A stretch of DNA of 64,000 nucleotides from Selaginella moellendorffii (lineage: Eukaryota; Plantae; Lycopodiophyta). Position numbers and translations under genes: made by a program. The notes beneath the pieces are model-generated. The model did not search any database, was not told the origin of the DNA, and saw nothing but the letters and a program-made list of their open reading frames with translations. Shown in pieces: positions 55,696 to 64,000 of the stretch; the first letter of the stretch is position 1; each line of letters starts with the position of its first letter. The stretch spans positions 62,001-126,000 of the forward strand of contig NW_003314425.1 of NCBI RefSeq assembly GCF_000143415.4. The letters run 5' to 3'.

Positions 55696-57068
55696 TCAGC
55701 CCATGCACAGGATGTTCGAGACGAGGATGTGCCCCGTTGCGTTGCTGGGATCCAACCCAAGCGCGAGCTTCGATCCGCGGAAGCGGGAGCTATGGCTGCT
55801 GCAAGCTCCCGCAAAGCCAATCCAATCCGATGCCTCGGCGGTGAAAGGCATGGATTCCATGAGCTCGCGCGCGTCTTGGAGATATCCAGTCCGTCCCAGG
55901 AGATCCACCATGCAGCTGTAGTGGAGCTTGGTTGGAGGCACTCCATAGTCACAGCTCATCAACGCCAAGTAGCTCCTTGCTCGAGAAACCTTCCCGCCAT
56001 GGCTGCACGAAACCAGCGCTGCCGTGAAGCAGAACTCGTCTGGATTGTCGGTGAGTTTGAGCTCGTCAAGCATCCCTCTGGTTTTGGTTTGCTTCTCGCT
56101 GTCTTGGGCAAACATTGCGAGCATTGCATTCCATGCAAACAGGTCTCGCTGTGGTGTCTCTTGGAAGATCTTGTAAGCGGCATCAAGGTTTCCAGTTTGA
56201 GCATAACCAACCATGATTGACGTCCTTCCTACTGGATATTGGAAAGGCAGTGAATCAAAAACCGCCCTCGCCTCTGCAAGATACCCTTCTTGGGCATATG
56301 CTGTGATCATGGAAGACCAAGAAGATGCATCTCTCTGCGGCATATTATCATACACGAACTTACCCTCCTCCAATTTCCGAAAATTCATGCAAATGGCGAG
56401 ATAAGTGTTCCAAGACACTATGTCCGTCTGCGGCATGTCGGAAAAAATCTGTTGCACATACAAAAATGCCCTTCTTGGGCATATAGCAAAAGCATTATAT
56501 TACAGGAATTAATGTCCCACTCCACGATAGTCCTAACAAATGTCCTTGCGTTCTCAACATCATGATTTTGGCAATACACAGCGAGGAGACAATTCCAAGC
56601 TATCACATCCAACTGGGGCATGGCACTAAATATTCTTTCGGCTTCTGCCAGATACCCACTCCCGGCATTTGCTGCAAGCATAGAGGTCCAGGAGATCAAA
56701 TTCCTCTGCGGCATCTCATCAACCACTCGCCTAGCCGTGTTGTAACACCCGCTTTGCGAGTACGTGACAAGAATCGATGTCCAGGAAACCAAGTTCTGCT
56801 CGGGCATCTCATTAAAAAGCCTCTAAGAACCATCCAGATGCCCATTCGAGGCATACGACGCCACGATAGCATTCCATGCGAAGATGGATCTGGAGCTCTC
56901 GAGCCAACCACTCCTCGCATACGCCGTGATCATGAGAACCCAGGAGAAGAGGTTCTTAGCACGCATCGATTCGAAGACCACCTGCGCGTCAATCGGTCAA
57001 TCACCGGAGCGCCCAAACATCTCGATCACCCGGTTGCGCGCGTAGAGACCGTCGGGCGACACCACCGA
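55696..57068 (-). pseudogene. PLS-PPR copy 1: 5'-truncated and frameshifted
   Basis: Relative to 61680-63158: one A lost in the run at 56442-56447, a 27-bp deletion at ~56879, a stop near 56997, and the 5' end removed by the duplication junction. Confidence 0.85.
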
Positions 57069-58512
57069 ATCAAACACTTAACTCTGTGAATCGAGTGTTT
57101 TGGAGATCGGAAGAAAAACAAAATGACAAACCTCGAGGTATTCCAGCTCAAGCTGTAGAAAAAAAGGAAGTTTTTGAGCTTGGAAAAACGAGAATTTCTT
57201 CATACCTTCTGCTATAAGTTTTGGATGAAACTGGACTTACCGGAACAGTGGTAGTTTACAGGCTTAATTTGTTCTTGAGGTCCTCCGGCAATGCCTGTTT
57301 GGACGATCGAGATGAGAAGAACACGTCGATTCTTTTCCATACCACTACTTCGGCAGTGAGTTTCTCCAGTTGTATTTGTTCTATATAAGATCGTGGAATG
57401 TACGAGCCTTCGAGCCCCAGCTTCTTCCCGATATCCGCGACGAGCGATCGATCTTTGCCTTGTATCTGTCAAAACTTGGTGAGATACAGAAACCTCAAGA
57501 ACAAAAAAGCTAAGAAAGGATTAAACTTGTTGACTACTTTGATGTGTGCTGTTGCTAGATCCGGCTCTATGAACACCTTGTACATGGGATAAACCTGGCA
57601 ACGACACAAAGTTAAGTGCGAAAAACAACAAAGAGATGAAAAGGAGAGAATTATGAAACCACTGCTGTTCACAAGAACATACGAAATCACCGTTTCTGAT
57701 ATCTGGTGGATGATGTCTTCCGGAGCTTGGCCGGAGCGATTGATATCACGGAGAACCCGCTTGACGAGATCAAAATGGACTCCTCCGGTTATAGAGACAC
57801 GCAGATCCAGGAATGGACGTAGCTTCTCACACAAAGCATATATCCCTTCCACGATCACAATTCTCGTCGATGGATGCTCCAGACGCCTGGAAACAACGCA
57901 AGAACATACTTGGTCCTTGATCCCAATGCGAGCAAAAAGGAAGGAAAGACAACTCACCTATAGCCAACTCGACGACTGAGCTTGAAGTCATATATCGGAA
58001 TGTCGGCAGAGTTCCCAGCTCTCAAGCTCTTGATGTTGTCTAGAAGAATTTCGTAGTCCACGATCCTGGGATCTATCAGCACGAAAGCAAAACAACCAAA
58101 ACTATCGAATAGAAACGAAAGAACAAAGAACAACACACACCTTGTTTGGATTCTTACCATCGTAGTTCCCGTCGATGACAAGGCTGGAATCGTTGTAGTT
58201 GTCCATGCAAATGATCGCAATCCCGGGCAAGAAGCTCGCGACCTTGTCCGTGAAGACGGTCTTACCAGCGCCCGAGGGGCCGGCAACTCCCACCACAATT
58301 GTCACTCCTTCCATCTTGCGCGTGAGGAGCTGACACGCCCGGATGAAGAGAAAGAAGCCCTTGTCGAAGGAGAGGGGGTCGGAGATTGGCGCAATCTCGT
58401 AGCGATCCTCGCGGCCGCCATCGCCCTTTCTCGGCACAAGTTGGAGCTGATCCTTGAGAAGCCCAGTCCGGCGATGCGGGCTTGGCAGGAGCTTTCTCAT
58501 CGACGATTCCAT
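57069..58512 (-). pseudogene. TTM copy 2: 3'-truncated with a ~557-bp internal deletion
   Basis: Fusion at AGAAAGGAT (~57513-57521) joins the equivalents of 50966-50974 and 51523-51531; the last exons and TM anchor are missing. Confidence 0.88.
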
Positions 58513-58671
58513 CCTGAAACTACTTCGAGCCCTAGTGAAGAACTGGAAGAATCTCAGTCAAACATTAGTCAAAGCTTTAGTCAAAGTTCTAGTCAAAGAA
58601 GCAATGTCAAAGTTAGAATTCTTCCTCCTAGATCTCATCGGCGAGTAGGAACCCTACTTCATTCCTAGAGG

Positions 58672-61633
58672 ATGAGCACTGGATACGAGCAAGCCCAGGT
58701 AGTCTGGAACAAAGACAACGCTATAGCTGGTAATCTATATACTAGTTCCCAAACTTATCGACTGGAAACGCTCGAGTTTAGCAAGCTCACAGAGATTGGC
58801 GCTGGCGGCTGTGGCAGCATCTTCAAAGGTACCATCACTCGCAGCTATGGCGTCCAGCACAAGCTCTACAGAGGCGTGTGGGACTCCAAACGCATCGAAG
58901 GCGTTTTCGACCCTTTCGACTCGTATAACTACTACAACTCCTCCAGCAGCGGATCAAATCCCAGCGAGGGAGACAACGAAACAGTGAGCGTGGCTGTCAA
59001 GACGATTCACAGCAGCGACGATGAGGTGATAGATCTCACCAGGGAAGCGAGCAGCCTGCGGATCCTGCAAGGAACCAGGAACGTTGCAAGCGTTTATGGT
59101 GTGACACACAACCGGGAAATGCAAAGCGTTTGCATTGTCATGGAGCTCGTCCAAGGTCCCGACTTGAATTCTTTCCTGAGATCCGGGAAGCCATCGTCGT
59201 GTTCTTGGTCTTGGTGGAAGACAAAGCTGGAGATCTTCATGGAGCTCGTGATTGGGCTCTCGATTTGTCACCAGCGGGGTATTTATCACGGGGATTTGAA
59301 AGGCAAGAACGTGCTGGTCGACGAGTTCATGGTTCCCAAGCTGATAGATTTTGGGTTTAGTTTCCGGAAGAAAGATGTCGACTACTTGAGGTCACTAGGA
59401 GGATCACCGTTTTGGATCTCCCCAGAGCTGGACGAGGCGGTAGACGAGATCCCTCCGGAAGTTCTTGCGAATCCATTCCCTTCGGATGTCTACTCGCTGG
59501 GGATGCTTCTGGTGGAAATGACTATAGATGGTGAGATACCCGAGTACATGGACTCGGTCTTGGTGATGAACAAGTATATGGGAGGGTCTCCTATAGAGCT
59601 CCAAGTTTCCAGAAGGCATGGAGGATCTAAAAGAGAGCGTTTTCGACGAGATCTTTGCCGTGGTCGATGGATGCTGCTCTGCGGAGCGTGACGACAGGAT
59701 TTCTCTAAAGGAATGCCTAGTACACATCCGAGCAGCTTATAGCAACCTTTGCAGCAGTGGCAAAGTCAGTTCTTCCAGCTGGGATGAGGAATTTACGAGT
59801 TCCAAGGATTATACAGACATGCTAGCTGTTCTTCAAGCGCGGTTTCCCGAAGTTCCAGACGCCATAGCTCGGCAACCAGCCAAGAACATGATGGTGGACA
59901 TTCACGGAACTTTGCTGGTGGATATCTTTTGCCAGCTGGATTTCAAGCTGGGTGTAGAGTTCATCATTGGCAAGGCAGCCTGGGACTTTGATCCGAAGAA
60001 GGCAGTGCCTCAACTATGCCACATCTGCGTCAAAGCAGGGAGCCATGGCGTGCTGAAATTTCTGGGCGAAAGGTGGCGAGCTATAGTTGCGCAGGAAGAA
60101 TGGCTGATGCACGACGCATGCGAGGGTGATAGCTTGGAAGTCTTGCGGGTTCTTCTCGAGGATATCAACATGGACTTCGATACCTGGTCAAGGAGTGAAC
60201 AGCTTAAGCCGTTTCACAAGTTGGCATTCCGGGGAAAGATGGAGATGATGAAGCTTTTGCTAAACAAGGCAAGCACGATCAGTGACTACGTGAATGCTAC
60301 AGTAAACAGGAAATCATCTGTAGCAGGGAGACCACTCAACTATGCCCTCCAAGGACAGAAACTCGAAGCGGTGTTCTTCCTCGTCGAGCATGGGGGTGTT
60401 GTGACGACGCCACGCGACCTGGACACCACAGATTATCTCGAGGAGCTTTTCTACTGTGCTGTGCATGATGGGAGCTTGAGCGTTGCAACGAGCCTTCTCG
60501 AGATAAGCTACTTCCTCAAAACAGGTAATGGCGAAAGTATGAAACAGATCTCTCCCAAAGTCCTGGAACGATTTGAGAATCACGAATTTGGCTGCCTTCG
60601 TTACTTTGGGCACGAGTTCCGGGACTATGAATACGTGCTGGCACTTTTGAGAGGTCACTTGGTGGAGTCTGGGCTTCGTGGAATGGAGCCTCTGAGGTTT
60701 GCTTGCTCTAAGGAAGGGAATGCACACAGCCAGGAGGTATTTCGAATGATGGTTTCGTTTTGCACCGACGATCATAGTGTCTTCAAGAACAATTTGTGGG
60801 GGCTCTTAGCGGGTCATGGGAGTAAGGAAATGGCTGCGTATGCAATGGAGAAGATCAGCCAAAGTGGCCATGATCAGATTTTAGAGGCTGCTATAGACCG
60901 AGGAAATTTGGAGGTCGTGGACTTTCTCAGAGCAGCAGAAAAGTCAAGAGATGGCGAGGAAAGTGACCAAGTAAAAGAAGGTGGTTGGAAAGAAGATGAA
61001 GAATTGGATGATAGCTCGGAAGAGCCAAAGATCATTGAGGAGCTTCCTGATCTCGATGACGATTCAGATGGTGAAGTCATACCTAAGAAAGACCGACAAG
61101 CTTGTCTTCTCTACGACGTTTGCGAGGCTGTAGTACAGGCTGATATTGGTTTACTCAAGAGAAAGCTCCCAAAGCTTTGCTTAGATGGGAAGAGTTTTGT
61201 GGAAGAATCATGGGAACCAGGCATAGGGATGATCCAAAAGGTTGAAGATATCACGAAGAAAGCAGGGATCTGGAAAACTTTGGCACCACAGCTCTTGGAA
61301 AGATTTGCTTCCACTGGGAGCTCGGAAATAGTATCACATTTGCTGGAGAAAGGTGTTCCGGTAGATGGCCCGAACTACACACAAGGATGGATCACACAAA
61401 CACCGCTAATGAGAGCTGTTTCCGGGAGCCACTTTGAGACTGCTGAGATCATTTTGTTGGCCGGTGCTAATCCAAACACGAGAAGGAAAGCAGGATACTC
61501 AAGCATGGATATTGCCTTGGGCATGAACAACAGAAAGATGGTGAGGTTGCTTATCAGGTTTGGGTTTGACACGGGGTCCAAGAACAGGGACAATGAAACT
61601 TACATGGACTTGATAGCTCATCTTGAAGACTAG
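58672..61633 (+). pseudogene. Kinase-ankyrin copy 2 with a +1 frameshift (split into kinase ORF 58672-59691 and ankyrin ORF 59618-61633)
   Basis: AAGTTTCCAG (TTT at 59606-59608) versus AAGTTCCAG in copy 1 (TT at 53601-53602). Confidence 0.8.
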
Positions 61634-61679
61634 CCGTGGAAGAACCTCTGAAACCAGTCAAACCAAGTCAAGAGGTCAA

Positions 61680-63158
61680 TCAGCCCATGCACAGGATGTT
61701 CGAGACGAGGATGTGCCCCGTTGCGTTGCTGGGATCCAACCCAAGCGCGAGCTTCGATCCATGGAAGCGGGAGCTATGGCTGCTGCAAGCTCCCGCAAAG
61801 CCGATCCAATCCGATGCCTCGGCAGTGAAAGGCATGGATTCCATGAGCTCGCACGCGTCTTGGAGATATCCAGCCCGTCCCAGGAGATCCACCATGCAGC
61901 TGTAGTGGAGCTTGGTTGGAGGCAATCCATAGTCACAGCTCATCGACGCCAAGTAGCTCCTTGCTCGAGAAACCTTCCCGCCGTGGCTGCACGAAACCAG
62001 TGCTGCCGTGAAGCAGAACTCGTCTGGATTGTCGGTGAGTTTGAGCTCGTCAAGCATCCCTCTGGTTTTGGTTTGCTTCTCGCTGTCTTGGGCAAACATT
62101 GCGAGCATTGCATTCCATGCAAACAGGTCTCGCTGTGGTGTCTCTTGGAAGATCTTGTAAGCGGCATCAAGGTTTCCAGTTTGAGCATAACCAACCATGA
62201 TTGACGTCCTTCCTACTGGATATTGGAAAGGCAGTGAATCAAAAACCGCCCTCGCCTCTGCAAGATACCCTTCTTGGGCATATGCTGTGATCATGGAAGA
62301 CCAAGAAAATGCATCTCTCTGCGGCATATTATCAAACACAAACTTAACCTCCTCCAGTTTCCGAAAAGTCATGCAAACGGCGAGATAAGTGTTCCAAGAC
62401 ACTATGTCCGTCTGTGGCATGTCAGAAAAAAATCTGTTGCACTTACAAAAATGCCCTTCTTGGGCATATAGCAAAAGCATTATATTACACGAGGTAATGT
62501 CCCACTCCACCATAGTCCTAACAAATCTCTTTGCGTTCTCAACATCATGATTTTGACAATACACAGCGAGAAGACAATTCCAAGCTATCACATCCCACTG
62601 GGGCATGGCACTAAATATTCTTTCGGCTTCTTCCAGATACCCACTCCTGGCATTTGCTGCAAGCATAGAGGTCCAGGAGATCAAATTTCTCTGCGGCATC
62701 TCATCAAACACTCGCTTTGCCGCGTCGTAACACCCGCTTTGCGAGTACGTGACAAGAATCGATGTCCAGGAAACCAAGTTCCGCTCGGGCATCTCATCGA
62801 AAAGCCTCTGAGAACCATCCAGATGCCCATTCGAGGCATACGCCGCCACGATAGCATTCCATGCCACGAGATTCCGCTGGGGCATCGCATCGAAGATGGA
62901 TCTGGAGCTCTCGAGCCAACCATTCCTCGCATACGCCGTGATCATGAGAACCCACGAGAAGAGGTTCTTAGCAGGCATCGATTCGAAGACCACCTGCGCG
63001 TCAATCGGGCCACCGGAGCGCCCAAACATCTCGATCACCCGGTTGCGCGCGTAGAGATCGTCGGGCGCCACCACCGATTGGATGCGCGCGTGGATTCTCC
63101 TCGCCTCGGCCAGATCCGCGCACGATTCCACGAGCTCCAGCCATTTGCCGCGCTCCAT
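61680..63158 (-). CDS. PLS-class PPR protein with E domain (intact copy)
   Basis: 492-aa intronless ORF; repeats such as FDEMPERNLVSWTSIL; SCSHGG..HYSCMVDLLGRAG..MPF..W..GAC..H; telo-box AAACCCTAAA at 63171. Confidence 0.9.
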   Translation of the reverse strand: MERGKWLELVESCADLAEARRIHARIQSVVAPDDLYARNRVIEMFGRSGGPIDAQVVFESMPAKNLFSWVLMITAYARNGWLESSRSIFDAMPQRNLVAWNAIVAAYASNGHLDGSQRLFDEMPERNLVSWTSILVTYSQSGCYDAAKRVFDEMPQRNLISWTSMLAANARSGYLEEAERIFSAMPQWDVIAWNCLLAVYCQNHDVENAKRFVRTMVEWDITSCNIMLLLYAQEGHFCKCNRFFSDMPQTDIVSWNTYLAVCMTFRKLEEVKFVFDNMPQRDAFSWSSMITAYAQEGYLAEARAVFDSLPFQYPVGRTSIMVGYAQTGNLDAAYKIFQETPQRDLFAWNAMLAMFAQDSEKQTKTRGMLDELKLTDNPDEFCFTAALVSCSHGGKVSRARSYLASMSCDYGLPPTKLHYSCMVDLLGRAGYLQDACELMESMPFTAEASDWIGFAGACSSHSSRFHGSKLALGLDPSNATGHILVSNILCMG

Positions 63159-63371
63159 GCATTTTCCAAAAAACCCTAAAATCAGTTAGCGATCCATAAA
63201 AAGCCCTAAAATTCAAAAAAGTAGAATATCTGTGGCTTGCTATAAAATGAGAGCTCACGCACAATTAGTGGAGAACTTGGAGGGATTGTTTAGAAATATT
63301 TAAGCGAGAGGCCATGGAGCCGCTAAAGCGATCCGTGGATCATGGAATGGTGTTGCTAGAGGCTTGGCAGC

Positions 63372-63433
63372 ATGAACAAATGGAACCTCGCCATTCTCTA
63401 CTTTTTCATCGTCGCGATCGTCTCGTCCAATGG
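63372..63433 (+). CDS. Possible first exon (signal peptide) of a gene continuing beyond the window
   Basis: MNKWNLAILYFFIVAIVSSNG followed by a GTAAG donor at 63434; TATAAAA at 63241. Confidence 0.35.
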
Positions 63434-64000
63434 GTAAGAGTTAAGCTTTCTCGATAGAAAGCGTTAGTTCTTGGCTGTTTGATCCGTTCGCTATCCAAAC
63501 TTTCCAAGAGTTCCAGCAGCGGTTTTAATTCTTTGTTTCTTTCTTGGATCTTATTTTGTGAGCGAAAGAGCTTTCACGTGGAAAGTTTTGTGGGGTTTTT
63601 GTATTGGGAATTTTTAGATTAGAGGTAGGTTGTTATCGCGATGCGCCAAGAAACGGCAATGCGGGCACATCCATGGAAGGACGGGGTGAATGTGATCTTT
63701 GCTGCGCTATCGCGATCATCGGTAGGTTTCTTTGCGGCCAGCGAGCGATGGAGCTTATAGCGAGCGATCTTGGCTTCTCTTCCAAGACAAGCTTTGCGTT
63801 TCCAGCCTCTTATAAAAGCCCAAAGAGTGATTGAGGAAGAAGAAGAGAGAGCTTTCGCTTTGAGTAAAAGCGCGCCAAGCTTATTTCTTCCAGAGCTCGT
63901 TGGTGGTTTTGGTTTCCCGAGATGGATTTTCTCGCTATGCTTTTTAGATGCTCGTTTTGACCATCTTTCTTTCTTTCTTCCCAGAGGATTCGGTTCCAGG

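Larger units (their letters stand above)
50521..63077. repeat. Tandem segmental duplication: unit 1 50521-57068, unit 2 57069-63077
   Basis: Junction accaccga|atcaaacacttaactctg at 57068/57069 joins PPR 5' sequence (cf. 63070-63077) to TTM sequence (cf. 50521); near-identical sequence throughout. Confidence 0.92.

Noticed and set aside
1-64000. Many overlapping or antisense ORFs in the six-frame track (e.g. 34303-35058, 47926-48501, 49290-49856, 55651-56220)
   Set aside because: They shadow GC-rich real CDSs on the other strand or frame and show no domain motifs.
1-64000. CRISPR array, prophage or prokaryotic operon
   Set aside because: No repeat-spacer structure. Spliceosomal introns and plant gene families show this is plant nuclear DNA.
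1-64000. Autonomous transposon (RT, integrase, transposase, Rep/helicase) or a conserved miRNA hairpin
   Set aside because: No such protein motifs in any ORF, and no mature miRNA sequence that I recognise.

Overview
Gene-dense plant nuclear DNA with ~50-120 nt introns, very short divergent promoters carrying telo-boxes, and lycophyte-style PLS-PPR genes. By inference it is most likely Selaginella (S. moellendorffii-like). About 25 genes are present: the 3' part of an LRR gene (probably an NLR), hemerythrin-class GST, TBC Rab-GAP, PTAR1, a BAHD acyltransferase, PPRs, a CRINKLY4-like receptor kinase, SAC1/SAC8 phosphatase, an EamA transporter, SulA/GC1, a remorin, plastid RPS1, RRP9, GOS1, F-box genes, DENND6, TTM and others. 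Four accessory zones stand out. (1) 13.5-18.2 kb: a duplicated cassette of small secreted proteins with a GKHR..NNNNNNINININxC motif plus tRNA-Leu pseudogenes. It brackets the CR4-like kinase, whose ORF opens at a copy of the peptide gene's promoter and ATG. (2) 19.9-22.4 kb: an AT-rich, CpG-depleted island with an intronless unknown-domain + bulb-lectin gene. (3) 38.9-46.5 kb: a shuffled mosaic of F-box repeats, GOS1 and DENND6 fragments and micro-inversions, plus an intronless archaeal-type P-loop ATPase. (4) 50.5-63.1 kb: a ~6.5 kb tandem duplication (TTM / kinase-ankyrin / PPR) with reciprocal gene loss. Its intronless kinase-ankyrin gene is flanked by W-box arrays. All calls come from manual reading; no database searches were run and exon boundaries are approximate where stated.
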